Source of the DNA: an uncultured Gammaproteobacteria bacterium
GTDB taxonomy: Bacteria; Pseudomonadota; Gammaproteobacteria; CAWCPV01
Direction: 5' to 3'
DNA: 64,000 bases
Assembly (NCBI GenBank): GCA_963797555.1
Contig: CAWCPV010000020.1
Span: 32,001 to 96,000 of the forward strand
Shown: piece by piece, positions 21,996-31,748 of the stretch
Layout: each line of letters starts with the position of its first letter
Position numbering within the stretch: position 1 is the stretch's first letter
Notes under the pieces: generated by a model
What the model was told of the DNA's origin: nothing
The model's database searches: none
What the model saw: only the letters and a program-made list of their open reading frames with translations
Made by a program: the position numbers and the translations under genes

Positions 21996-22871
21996 ATGGG
22001 TAAGAGCCGCAAGAAGGCGCGGTCTGGGCCGCCGGCCATCCAGGCCGAGCGTGCCTTCGCCGCTATCAAACAGACATTCGGCTCGAACAAACCGCTGGCC
22101 ATCGGTCTAGCGGCCTTGCTGCTACTGACCTTTGGCTGGTTCGTGAATGCGACTTACGACCTGCCCCTTTTGCTGGATGGAAACACTGCCTTGGGGTTTC
22201 GGCTGCGGGTGGTGGGGGGCCTTTTGGCCTTTCTCCTTGTGTCCGTCTGGCTGGTCTGGATGGCTAGCCGTGCGAACGTGACTGTCCCAGTGATCGTGGT
22301 GCAGACACCCGACCCGCCCAAGGTCGCAGGCCTTATCACGTTTCTGAGCCCGCCCGGCGCCGATAGGGCGCAGATCGAGACCTTTGCGGCCAGCACCGTT
22401 GGCGAAGCAGAGCCACCCGACCCCCGTGCGTCTCTGAAGGGCTCGTGGCGAATGCCCCTTGAGGCCCTGGCCTACCACGCAGAGCGGCTCAAGTACCTGG
22501 TGGTCATCCCCTCCGCCGATGACCCCAGAGACCCGCAGGGCAAACCTGGAACTTGGCGGGACATGGAACTGTTCAAGGCCGTGGTCGCGCGGTATAGCGG
22601 GGGTCGGGTTGCCGCGGAATGCCTACCCGACTGCCACCAGGGTGTGGATTACGAAGATGCCCGCGCCGCAAAGGATGGCGTGGATAGCGCCTATGCGTCG
22701 CTTCTGCAACGCGGACTTAAAACCTGCGATATCCTGGTGGACATCACCGCCGGACAGAAACCCACCACGATTGCCGGCGCCGCAGTGGCGCTCGTGGAAG
22801 ATCGTCAGTTCCAGTACGTCAGCACCCGCGACTACCGCGTAGTGACCTACAACATCACCTATCAGAGCTGA
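21996..22871 (+). CDS. TM-CARF effector (Cam1-like cyclic-oligoadenylate-activated membrane protein)
   Basis: Two N-terminal TM helices, then a Rossmann-like CARF (ITFLS...LVVIPS...GVDYED...ILVDITAGQKPTTIA...QYV); AGGAG RBS. Confidence 0.75.
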   Translation: MGKSRKKARSGPPAIQAERAFAAIKQTFGSNKPLAIGLAALLLLTFGWFVNATYDLPLLLDGNTALGFRLRVVGGLLAFLLVSVWLVWMASRANVTVPVIVVQTPDPPKVAGLITFLSPPGADRAQIETFAASTVGEAEPPDPRASLKGSWRMPLEALAYHAERLKYLVVIPSADDPRDPQGKPGTWRDMELFKAVVARYSGGRVAAECLPDCHQGVDYEDARAAKDGVDSAYASLLQRGLKTCDILVDITAGQKPTTIAGAAVALVEDRQFQYVSTRDYRVVTYNITYQS

Positions 22872-22873
22872 CC

Positions 22874-23197
22874 ATGGGCACCATTTATGTCATCAACTCC
22901 CCCGTCCTCACCGACTACGGGTTCTGGCGCTTCCGTGGCCCATTATCCGTGGACGAGGCCCGCGACATGCTTGCGGGCGGTTTCGTGTCCGCCATCGGCC
23001 ATGAATCGGCGGCCCAGTTCCTGTCCCGACGCCTCGGGGTGACCGTCCCGCACAACCGGGTGCGCGTGAGCATGGCGCCGGGTGACCGAGCGCTGGTGCT
23101 GCGGCTGGGCGCCCGTCTGCCCGAAGGGCGGCAACTGACCGATGAGGACATGGAGCAACTTCCGTTCGAGCTGGGGCTGATGGAGCGGGAGGGATAG
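22874..23197 (+). CDS. crn2: DUF1874 / AcrIII-1-family ring nuclease (Crn2)
   Basis: Y..NS, FVSAIGHESAA, NR, RLPEG..L motifs typical of the STIV B116/AcrIII-1 family. Confidence 0.85.
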   Translation: MGTIYVINSPVLTDYGFWRFRGPLSVDEARDMLAGGFVSAIGHESAAQFLSRRLGVTVPHNRVRVSMAPGDRALVLRLGARLPEGRQLTDEDMEQLPFELGLMEREG

Positions 23198-23524
23198 CCG
23201 GCCACCTGGCACGGACGGGAGTCCGGGACGTCCGAGTCGGCCCGAGAACGCGGACAGGTGTTACGGTGGTTCCTTGCTTGCTGGAACGTCATCAGAGCAA
23301 ACCGGCCTGGAACGTCTGGCGCCGGGCCCCGTTATCGGGTGACGCGATGAACCTCAGTCCTGCCGTCGGCGCCTACCCCGGGGGGCGAGCCACGCGAACA
23401 GCAGCCGATCCCGGCTCAAGTCGACGGACTCCACCAACTGCAGGAATAGCTCCTCCGCCTCGGGTTCGGTAGGCGGGTACTGCACACCCTGCGCGAGTGG
23501 CGGCTGGATCTGCAGGAATCGGTT

Positions 23525-23745
23525 CACGAGTCCAGATTCCGCGCGAGATATACTGTATGACGGAGCACGCCACCGAGAGCAGCAGCAACGCTACTCGGAA
23601 CGACAGCACCATGGAGGACGGAACCGAGGCAGTCGCCACCGCATGGGTCTTCATGAAGCGGTACACGACGATGGCGAACGCCTTACTCAGCTCCAAGCCG
23701 CCGGAGAGGGCAAGAGCGAGCACCGCGCTATCGAGGAACGGTAAT
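23525..23745 (-). pseudogene. Degenerate fragment paralogous to the membrane protein at 15029
   Basis: AVLALALSGGLELSKAFAIVVYRFM...LSFRVALLLLSVACS..YLARNLD aligns with AVLAAPLALGLEVSKAVTIVLHRFL...LVFRAALLVLSALCSLMYLAHKLD. Confidence 0.75.
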
Positions 23746-23799
23746 CCGGGGTTCTAGCCCGTGTTACACTGTCTTACGCTATACGGAGCGGAGGATTCC

Positions 23800-24015
23800 A
23801 TGAGCACTCTGACCATCCGCATCGACGACAAGCTCGATGCCGAGCTCGAGCAGCTCGCGAGGATCACACAGCGCACCAAGAGCGATCTCGCGCGCGAGAT
23901 GCTGCGCCGGCAGGTCGCCATCGCTCGATTCCGGGAGCTGCGCAGAAAGGCCATGCCGTTTGCGGAGGCAGCGGGCTACCTGACGGATGAGGACGTGTTC
24001 CGCGACATCTCGTGA
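23800..24015 (+). CDS. RHH/CopG-family antitoxin
   Basis: MSTLTIRIDDKL..L..LA....TKSDLAREML; C-terminal GYLTDEDVF; overlaps the PIN gene. Confidence 0.85.
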   Translation: MSTLTIRIDDKLDAELEQLARITQRTKSDLAREMLRRQVAIARFRELRRKAMPFAEAAGYLTDEDVFRDIS

Positions 24016-24416
24016 GGGTATTTTTGGACACCAACGTGCTCGCAAGTGCATTGACCGCCCGCGGCCTGTGCGCCGATGTCCTGCAGACGGTCCTTGCTGA
24101 CCACCAGCTTCTGTTCTCCGCCCAGGTTCTCGCCGAGCTCGCCGATGTCTTGCCACGCAAGTTCGGCCTCCCGTCCGCCGTGGTAGATGAATTCCTCACT
24201 CTTCTTACGGACGAAGGAACGCTGTCCGCCGCACCCGGCCCATGTCCGATCCTGCCTGATAACCCAGCCGATGCCGTCATCGTCGCCAGCGCGCTGGCGG
24301 GCGGGGCGGAAGTCTTCGTCACCGGGGACAAGGAACTGTTGGATCTCGGGAAGGCCGAAGGCGTGCCCATGCTGTCGCCGCGGCAGTTCTGGGAGCGGTT
24401 GGCCGCGGGCACGTGA
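24012..24416 (+). CDS. PIN-family toxin (VapC-like)
   Basis: VFLDTNVLASAL, EL..VL..KF, D.PAD, FVTGDKELL, LSPRQF. Confidence 0.88.
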   Translation: MRVFLDTNVLASALTARGLCADVLQTVLADHQLLFSAQVLAELADVLPRKFGLPSAVVDEFLTLLTDEGTLSAAPGPCPILPDNPADAVIVASALAGGAEVFVTGDKELLDLGKAEGVPMLSPRQFWERLAAGT

Positions 24417-24658
24417 GTGTCCCCAGTCCGCGCAACCGCGGCGGACTGCTTGGTCCAGCACGGCCGCGCCTGGGCCGCTGAAACGCGGATACGCAGGAGA
24501 GCCTAACCGAAAGAAGGAGGAATCACTGGGCTGGCAAATTTGCCGAGGGGTACGTTGAATAGCGACCGATGACGGCTCTCGTCAATGCCCGCCGTTCAGG
24601 GCAAAGAACACTTGGTGAGGCCAGGACGGCCCACGGAGGAGGCCGACGGGAGGACCCG

Positions 24659-25768
24659 TTACAGCTTTTTGTCGAGTCGGTCGAGAACAAATATCTCGCC
24701 CTCAAAGTGGCCGAACAGCCGCTTCGCGTCTTGGTCGGCCCAGGCATCGCATTCGTGGGTGCTGTCATCCACCGGATTCTTGAGGATCTTGAAATCGAGG
24801 CTGCTCAAAGCGATCTGCTGATTCGATTCCAGGTACCGAGCCAGTTGATCTACACGCTCATTCACCAAGCGCAGCCGCTCCCCCGCGAGGGTGCGGATGC
24901 TGCGTTCAAAGCCGGAGCCGAAGCGTAGCCGGCGCGAGGGTGAGTCCCAAAGGCGTTCCTCGTAGATCCGTGGGCAGGCTTCCCGCCAGACGATCTCACC
25001 CCAGGCTGAAAGAGTAGCCTGTCCCCCGTCGACGAACAGCAGGGTATCCGGGATTCCAGCCACTTCCGCCGCCGCCACCGCAAGCTGTGCCCCCATCCGG
25101 CGGAAGGCGGCAAGATGGGCCCGCACGGTCGCCTCTGCATCGAGCTTGAGCGGGAGACGCGGCAAGCGCAGCAGCTCGTGACCCGATTCGAAGACATATA
25201 CGCTCTCGTCCGCATAAAGCATCGCGAGGGCCTGCATGAACCCTTGTACGCTCTTGAACCCACCGGTGAGGTTGAAGACTACACGGTAGCCTTGCCGCGA
25301 ATACTTCCGAAGGGTTCCGGCACACCAGGTGGCAAGTTCGGTCATGGCAGCCTGGAAACCAGGCAGCTCCTCTGTCTGCAAGTCCTTGACCCGGTAAACT
25401 TCTGCTCCCAAGCCGGCCTGCTGCAGTATGTCTGCGATTATCCGTGCGCCATTCTCTCCTAACCAGGTATCTGTACAGAGCAGCACATGGTGATCGGGCG
25501 CACGGGCAGGGAACCTTCCGTGATACCAGCGCAGCAGGCCATTCAGCTCGGCGCTCAGGGCCATCAATATCGCGGGTTCCCTCCGATCGACAAGTTCCTC
25601 GCGCCGTTTCTGGATGTGCGGCTCGATTAACTCTCGTACCTCGGTTGGGATCTGTTCCGCGGAAACTGCATTTGCATACTTGGTAAGTAGCTTTCGCAAC
25701 TCATCCTGAACCTGATTGGTAAACAGGCTGGTCCCGCAGGTGGAAACGATGAGGTGTCGCTGCGCCAT
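24659..25768 (-). CDS. CARF (APE2256-like)-wHTH-RelE effector, Cami1-like mRNA interferase
   Basis: STCGTSL, SAELNGL, TDT..G, FNLTGGFK and YVFE CARF motifs; C-terminal RelE-like region (FERSI...LDFKIL...THECDAW...KRLFGHFE). Confidence 0.8.
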   Translation of the reverse strand: MAQRHLIVSTCGTSLFTNQVQDELRKLLTKYANAVSAEQIPTEVRELIEPHIQKRREELVDRREPAILMALSAELNGLLRWYHGRFPARAPDHHVLLCTDTWLGENGARIIADILQQAGLGAEVYRVKDLQTEELPGFQAAMTELATWCAGTLRKYSRQGYRVVFNLTGGFKSVQGFMQALAMLYADESVYVFESGHELLRLPRLPLKLDAEATVRAHLAAFRRMGAQLAVAAAEVAGIPDTLLFVDGGQATLSAWGEIVWREACPRIYEERLWDSPSRRLRFGSGFERSIRTLAGERLRLVNERVDQLARYLESNQQIALSSLDFKILKNPVDDSTHECDAWADQDAKRLFGHFEGEIFVLDRLDKKL

Positions 25769-25799
25769 ATTCCTCTCCGAACTGGTCAAAAGCATCGCG

Positions 25800-26119
25800 G
25801 ACCGGAGTGCGAGCTGATGTGTCCATCGCGCCCATCCGCAAGACCTTGTACTCCTCGACCCGCGCCCCGAGAGCGCGCATGTCCTCGGCCGTCAGCTCCT
25901 TGCCGCGCAAGTCCGGGGCAGCTCCAGGGCCAGGTGCAGGTAGCGCCCGCCCCGCTCGCCCACGTCGGCAGCGAGGTTGACCGGCAGCGAGCCGATCACT
26001 ACGTCGGCGGCCTCGATCCGCGCCACGTCCAGGTGATCCACGATCTGGTCTACTCGAATCCCCCCGTCCTGCGTCCAGTTGCGGGCACCGGGGTGGCGGG
26101 TAACGAAGTAGGTGGTCAT
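25800..26119 (-). CDS. csx16: Csx16 (VVA1548 family) putative ring nuclease; frameshift near 25915, 3' end uncertain
   Basis: YFVTRHPGA..W, HLD, DVVIGSLPVNLAA.V...G.RY.HL.L, continuing in another frame as RGKELTAEDM...GA.VEEY.V. Confidence 0.85.
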
Positions 26120-26153
26120 AGCTGTCGCTCGCTTTCTCGTAGTGCATAGTTAC

Positions 26154-28265
26154 CTAACCGCCTTTGGGATCGATCTTGATGATTTTCCAGTTGGGTCCGC
26201 CCCGGTGCTCCACGGTGATGTCCGCCCTGAGCCTGCCCTGCTGCAAACGCTTAAGTGCAGCGGGGTCCAGGGAAGCTAGGAGCGAATCAGCCTCAGCGCC
26301 CATCACAAAGGCACGTTCCTTTTCTTTAGAGGCGGAAATCTCCCTCTTTCCTTTGTTGAAGACCAGAGGCACGCCTAGCCAACGGTCAGTGCCCCCGGGT
26401 GATGAAGTTTTCAGACCTGAAGCACCACGCTGAGGATATGCTGCCAACACGAGTCGGTCCTTCTTCGCTTTCACGAAGTCGTTGCGACCATCCTCCTGAG
26501 CAAGAACCATGTGTCGCAGATCGCCCCGGAATGCCCGCGCACTCGCTGCATCAGCCATTCCTCGAAGGGCCCTCATTTGAGGGCTCTTTGCCCACCCCTG
26601 CACCTGTTTTTCCATAAAGCTCACGAATTTTTCCATACAGTTGCTGAGGCTGAGAGGCGTAGTAATTGGATCATTACTGACGACGTGGCTCGACTCGATC
26701 TGAACGCTCGCTTGCCCATATCCATATGGTTTGCCCATTCCGATTGAATGATGCATCGCTTCGTCACCACCCCAGGTAAGCGCCCAAATTAATGCTCCTA
26801 ATTCTTCGGGCTTAAGATTATGAAACACAACTCTGCCGGAGAATTGAGCACCCCCGTCGATCGGAAATAGGTTTACCGAAACTGCATCGGTTCCTTCTGA
26901 GGAGTGCGTCAATGCAGGTCGCACAGGATAGCGCTTCCAGCCCCGTATCTCGGAATCTTTGTCCATATAAGTCTTATAGGTGTCCCGAGCGAGCGTCGTA
27001 CCGTCCACGGTCGGTTGTGCGACATAATTCGGGTAATAGGTCGGCTTCGGCGAATTCAGCACTACCCTTCGTGCATCCAATTCCAGGACTCCCGCCCTCT
27101 CAGTGCAGGGTTCGAACCATACCCGTCCCTTTAGTGGCGTAAGGCCATCTACCACATCGGTCATACCGAACATTAGGCAAGCGAAATCATCGGGACGCTT
27201 CTCGGCGTGGGATGAAGATGTGTGTTTGATGGTCTCTACGATCGAGTGCGGATATGCAAGCTTGAACATAAGCGCCAAGCCTAGAGAAGCGATCGTCCCC
27301 CCGAGGTCGGTCAAGAAGAATATTGGTATGCGGGCACGGCTTTTCCAGTAGGCCCACTCGTCGGTTTCCGCGTGGATGTGCATAAAGTCCCGCATCACCG
27401 CCTCAGGCACTTCAACCTGTCGGGTCGTGGGCACATCGTAAAACACGAACTCCAGATGCTTCTTGCCCGCCGCAGGCGGGACGCGGGCCGCAGGTTGGCC
27501 GGTGAAAACGAGCATACCCTCGACTGCACCTCTCCCCACGTCGGCCGCCTTACTGTATACCAGCATCTTGCCGCCGCTGTGCGGGTGGGCTTCCTGTAGG
27601 CCAGGAGTGAACCGGATGTCGAGGGAACGGGGCCGCCATCGACTATATTTTTCACGGGCACAGACACGGGGCACTGCACGCCACCAGCGATCCCCGGAGA
27701 GTACAGCGAGTTCATCGTGATCGATACGGGAGTAAGCACAAGGTGTGACAAACCACCGATCACCTTGGAAGCTCAGCCAGCCTGCCTGCGAAAGAGGTCG
27801 GTACATGTTCTCGCCGACTTTCTCGGTCATGAATCTCCCATAGAAGCCACGCGCCGGATTGGTCAGGTCGCGCACCGAGTAGCGTGCATCATCCACCATC
27901 CCCATCCTTGAGAAAGTGATAATCTCCAGCACGTTCCGGACCATGCCCTTTAGGCTCGATCCGGGGATGGCGTAGCCGTCCGGCGTCTGGAAAAACCGCA
28001 CCTCGCCGGGTGCCTGTTGGCTCGCCTTGGTCTGCTGTCCACCGACCAGGATCGGGGTGTGCGCGGTAAGGGTGAAGGCGATCTCGCCGCTCAAGCCGTC
28101 CTTGAACGGGACGTCGTGAGAAACGAGGTGTGCCCAATCGGGGACTACAACCTGCTCCGAAAGAGGGACGAAGTTGTAAGGGGAGTTAATCGCCTGCATC
28201 GCTGGCTCTTGGGGCCGATTAGCGCCCGGTGGGCGAGGGTTGTTCCGGTGGTGCTGTCTGGGCAT
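26154..28265 (-). CDS. cas7: Type III-D Cas7 with large insertion (TIGR03986-like RAMP)
   Basis: SPYNFVPL, IPGSSLKGMVR, LNSPKPTYYPNY, RGWKRY, FHNL..ELGAL, IGMGKPYGYG. Confidence 0.88.
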   Translation of the reverse strand: MPRQHHRNNPRPPGANRPQEPAMQAINSPYNFVPLSEQVVVPDWAHLVSHDVPFKDGLSGEIAFTLTAHTPILVGGQQTKASQQAPGEVRFFQTPDGYAIPGSSLKGMVRNVLEIITFSRMGMVDDARYSVRDLTNPARGFYGRFMTEKVGENMYRPLSQAGWLSFQGDRWFVTPCAYSRIDHDELAVLSGDRWWRAVPRVCAREKYSRWRPRSLDIRFTPGLQEAHPHSGGKMLVYSKAADVGRGAVEGMLVFTGQPAARVPPAAGKKHLEFVFYDVPTTRQVEVPEAVMRDFMHIHAETDEWAYWKSRARIPIFFLTDLGGTIASLGLALMFKLAYPHSIVETIKHTSSSHAEKRPDDFACLMFGMTDVVDGLTPLKGRVWFEPCTERAGVLELDARRVVLNSPKPTYYPNYVAQPTVDGTTLARDTYKTYMDKDSEIRGWKRYPVRPALTHSSEGTDAVSVNLFPIDGGAQFSGRVVFHNLKPEELGALIWALTWGGDEAMHHSIGMGKPYGYGQASVQIESSHVVSNDPITTPLSLSNCMEKFVSFMEKQVQGWAKSPQMRALRGMADAASARAFRGDLRHMVLAQEDGRNDFVKAKKDRLVLAAYPQRGASGLKTSSPGGTDRWLGVPLVFNKGKREISASKEKERAFVMGAEADSLLASLDPAALKRLQQGRLRADITVEHRGGPNWKIIKIDPKGG

Positions 28266-28276
28266 GACCGTTCTCC

Positions 28277-28765
28277 TCATTCTTCTCCGAAGCCTATGAA
28301 GCAAGCGGCAAAGGGCTCCGCGCCGCGCTCCCGGTCGATCCGCCAATAGCGGCGGTAGCGCAGGCGATTCAGTTCGTCATCAATGGCGATCAGGGCCACC
28401 GTGTCGCAGAGGTATTGATATTCACCCCCTGCCGCCGGGGTATATCGGGTGGCGATCCAATTGCCCGTGCCGCCGTAACGGATGTGCAGGGATTCGCCTG
28501 CCGCATTGACGGCCTCAGCGGCTAGCATCATGCCGGTCGTGTGGTCCATCGCAGGGGGAGTCTCGGTGAAGGTCCGGTTAGCCGACTGAAAGCCGGCCCA
28601 GCCCTCCTTCGGCCCGAAAGCCACAAGCCGCGCGAGCGCATCCTCAGCGGAAGCCAGGCGCTCGGGCTTGGCCTCAAGCGAGGTGGTGTTGGGATGGATG
28701 GACGGCAGGCGGCTCTTGCCTCTGCGCACCCGATTGTAAAGATCAAGTAGTGTGGTCGCATCCAT
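28277..28765 (-). CDS. csx19: Type III-D signature subunit Csx19
   Basis: About 160 aa, between the cas7-cas7 and cas7-insertion genes; ends with the YRRYW...FIGF pattern. Confidence 0.72.
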   Translation of the reverse strand: MDATTLLDLYNRVRRGKSRLPSIHPNTTSLEAKPERLASAEDALARLVAFGPKEGWAGFQSANRTFTETPPAMDHTTGMMLAAEAVNAAGESLHIRYGGTGNWIATRYTPAAGGEYQYLCDTVALIAIDDELNRLRYRRYWRIDRERGAEPFAACFIGFGEE

Positions 28766-30225
28766 TACGCGGCCTCCAGCCTTGCCTTGCCTTCGATCCA
28801 GGCGCCCTGGTCCGACCATTGGATTTCGCCATCGAAAAACCCATGTCCTTTGCCTGCGCCACCTCCCAGGGCGAGCCGCCCGACGCACAGATCTTGGAGA
28901 GCACACCGTAGTGCCTTGCGCGCTGTATCCGGGGCGCCGCCCGTATCGATGGTGACTTGAAGCTCAATGCCCTTGCCCCAAACCAGTTCCTCCATGAACA
29001 GCATGTGTTCCCGCACCCCGCCGGTGAACCGATCGATAGCGTTGTGCATCATGAGCTGGAGGTCTTCCTTCCGGAACGCTACGAAGGTGTCGTCGATGAA
29101 GACCCGGCCGGCTCGGCCTCTCTCGTCTTCTCGCGCGTGTTCCTTGCCGTCGCGGGCATAGCCGAAGAGCGCCCGCACTTCTGGACAGCGATCCGACTTG
29201 TCGTAGCTGACGAGGTCTTCCATCTCGTTTGCCCAGCGCCCGGCCAGGCGATTGGCGTGGAAGGCCACCCGGTGTGCGATCGCTCCCTTGACCGAGGAGG
29301 CGGGGATCAGCAGTTGGGCGGCAATCGGCTCGGCTTTATTGTCGTTCCAGATCACCCGCTGCTCCAACTTGGGCAGCAGGTCTGCCGGCTTGCCCTCGCT
29401 GTCCCTTCTAGTGGGCGTATCGCCCTGGCCGATGCGCCAGAAGGCTCGGGGTTTCAATTTGAGTGTGGCGATCACGAAGCGAGTGACGGTATCCGTGCCT
29501 GCTCGGCCGGGGTTCACCTCGCTCAACCCCGTGGTATTGTCAAGCCTGCGCGACTGGGCGGCAAAGCGGCGCCGTCCCTCTGCTGTTCGGAGGTTGAACT
29601 GACCTGAGTGCACCCGAACGACCCTTAGCCGACCGAGTCCGGCCCGAACCGCACCACCCAGGCGAAACACGGGATGGGCCAGCAGGTCCAGCAACTGGTT
29701 CCAACGTAGATCGTCCGCCCGGTCGCTCCACAGAGACAGCTCAGTGCTGAAGCGGTAGCCGGCCGGCAACACGGCTCGGTCGAACTTGCCGGTGTCGGTC
29801 GCCGCGCCCCGGTGGCCGATGCGCACCCGGTCACGATGGACAGGCGCAGCTTCCGCCTCGTAGGCAGCGCGCAGTAGGGCATCGGTTTCCAACCGCTCAC
29901 GGTCCCGCCCGGGCAGCAAGCCCTCCACAGGGCGTCCCTGGCTGTCCTGGATGGCTCCCCAGGACACATGCAGCCGCGACGGCTCGCCTTCGTCCTTCTC
30001 CTGAAAACCGAACAGCGCTTGCATTGACGCCTTATCGTGCAGGTCCCAAAAAAGATGCCGCAACACCCCGGCAAGCGCGGAACCCGGCAGGGCTGGAAAG
30101 CCGTTGGCGTCCCGCACCAGAATCACATCGAACACCCCGTCTGCGCCGCCCGCAGCGATGGACAGGGGCGTGGCCGCTTCGAGGGTTATGCGTGCCAGGT
30201 AGTAGTGGGGAACGTTGGGGGTCAT
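28765..30225 (-). CDS. cas7: Tandem Cas7-Cas7 (Csm3-group) RAMP fusion
   Basis: Two RAMP repeats: RDANGFPALPGSALAGVLR...LGGAVRAGLG and IPASSVKGAIAHR...HNAIDRFTGG...LGGGAGKGHG. Confidence 0.9.
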   Translation of the reverse strand: MTPNVPHYYLARITLEAATPLSIAAGGADGVFDVILVRDANGFPALPGSALAGVLRHLFWDLHDKASMQALFGFQEKDEGEPSRLHVSWGAIQDSQGRPVEGLLPGRDRERLETDALLRAAYEAEAAPVHRDRVRIGHRGAATDTGKFDRAVLPAGYRFSTELSLWSDRADDLRWNQLLDLLAHPVFRLGGAVRAGLGRLRVVRVHSGQFNLRTAEGRRRFAAQSRRLDNTTGLSEVNPGRAGTDTVTRFVIATLKLKPRAFWRIGQGDTPTRRDSEGKPADLLPKLEQRVIWNDNKAEPIAAQLLIPASSVKGAIAHRVAFHANRLAGRWANEMEDLVSYDKSDRCPEVRALFGYARDGKEHAREDERGRAGRVFIDDTFVAFRKEDLQLMMHNAIDRFTGGVREHMLFMEELVWGKGIELQVTIDTGGAPDTARKALRCALQDLCVGRLALGGGAGKGHGFFDGEIQWSDQGAWIEGKARLEAA

Positions 30226-31748
30226 CGGCGGGTCTCCTGTTTAATGACGGCCATCACCTCGCGCGCCAGCAGTTGAACGAAACGGGGGTCCGGCTCGGTG
30301 CCGAGGACCTCACGCAGCCAAGCGGCGAAGCTGCGGGTGGGATGATTTCGGTCGTCCCAGTGCTCGTCACTCCAGCCGGGCGCGGAGGGCTTGCAGACGC
30401 CGTTGTTCTCGTCGAATAGTTTCCGGGCCAAGTCTCCGCGCGCGGCCTTGGCCTCTGCCAGTGCGCTGCCCCACTGACTCGCCGAGGGACCGATCTCCGC
30501 CCTGTCCGCTAGACCCTTGAGACGGCGGGCTGAGCCGAGCAGTGCTCGGTATTCGTGGGCGAGCTCGCGCGCACGGGTAGCGCTATCTTGGCGGACCGAC
30601 TGACTCTTCCATCGTTCCTCCAACCACTCGACGAGCGGGCTGACCGGACGTTGTGGCTTTGCAGGTTCTGCGGCAGCCTTCGCCGGTGTGGCGAAGTGTG
30701 GCTGCTCGGTCGCCAGCAATGGCGAGTCAAGCGAAACCTGTCCCAGACCTGCCTCCCGGTGGGCGCCGAGTCCGGCGGCAATGCGTGCTCGCTCCATCTC
30801 GTTGAGTGAGCGTTCGAGCTGAAAAACTAGGACGCTGCCTTGGGCGAGCACCTGGCGTTCCAGATCCGGCCCGCCTCGGTGAGCATTCCAAGGGGAGTAG
30901 CGGCGCACCCGCACGAAGCTCTTATTCGCCAGCAGATCGCCCCGTGGCAGGCCCAGCGACTCTGGTCGCGGCGTCAGGGTGGGCTGACCGAAGTCGTCCA
31001 GGGCGGCCAAGTCAGAGAGCAGCCACATGATTGTCTCCTTCATCTTGGCCCCATCTCCGAGTGGGAGAGGAAGGTCCAGTGCCGCTCCAGGATCAGCCAC
31101 GATTTCTCGGATCTCGACACCGGCACGGCCGTACTCGGCACTCCGGGAGCGGCCTAGAAGGACCTCTTGCATCAGTACCTCTCCAAGCTTGTCAAGCAGC
31201 CCGTCGGAAACGTCAGCATCGGCGGTAACCCGTGAGGCGAAACGCTGCCCCGCCGAGAGGGAGTCGTAGCCGAACAGGGCCGCCTCACGGGCCCTGCCGG
31301 TCGTCGGGTCAATGGCGGTCTTGAGGCGCAACGCCTGGGTGGGCACGCATAGCTCTCCGCCAGCCGTGACATAGCCTCGCCGCAATTGCTGTGGTTGGTG
31401 CCCGTGAGGAAGTTCGTCCAGCAGCCCCAGGTGCCAGATGCGCTCGCCGACGAGCCGGCCACCTTCCTCTGCGCGCTCACCCTTGATATGGTGCCAGCAG
31501 AACGGCACGGGCCAGGCGCGTTCACCGTCCTCGGCGATAGGCAGGCCGTTGCCGAAACGGACCCTGCCGGAGTGAAACAGCAGAAAGGCATCCACAGTCG
31601 GGAGCGTGCGGTAGAGCTGTGCCGCGGCAGCGCCGAGGATGGCGCCTCCCGGAATGTAATCGAGTCCGCGATGCCCCCCCTCAGTGGCGGCCCGCTCACT
31701 GAAGACGCAGTCGTCCTTCAAGGTCAGGAACAGGTCGAAACCCTTCAC
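30222..31748 (-). CDS. csx10: Csx10 (Cas5) with a probable C-terminal Cas11-like domain
   Basis: LDYIPGGAILG, TAIDP.TG.A, LGRSRSAEYG and GLG..REAGLG, then a helical tail with PSASQWG. Confidence 0.82.
   Translation of the reverse strand: MKGFDLFLTLKDDCVFSERAATEGGHRGLDYIPGGAILGAAAAQLYRTLPTVDAFLLFHSGRVRFGNGLPIAEDGERAWPVPFCWHHIKGERAEEGGRLVGERIWHLGLLDELPHGHQPQQLRRGYVTAGGELCVPTQALRLKTAIDPTTGRAREAALFGYDSLSAGQRFASRVTADADVSDGLLDKLGEVLMQEVLLGRSRSAEYGRAGVEIREIVADPGAALDLPLPLGDGAKMKETIMWLLSDLAALDDFGQPTLTPRPESLGLPRGDLLANKSFVRVRRYSPWNAHRGGPDLERQVLAQGSVLVFQLERSLNEMERARIAAGLGAHREAGLGQVSLDSPLLATEQPHFATPAKAAAEPAKPQRPVSPLVEWLEERWKSQSVRQDSATRARELAHEYRALLGSARRLKGLADRAEIGPSASQWGSALAEAKAARGDLARKLFDENNGVCKPSAPGWSDEHWDDRNHPTRSFAAWLREVLGTEPDPRFVQLLAREVMAVIKQETRR

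Noticed and set aside
25701-26119. Possible Csx16-CARF-RelE fusion
   Set aside because: It would need further frameshifts, and the CARF-RelE gene has its own GGAGAGG RBS and ATG at 25768.
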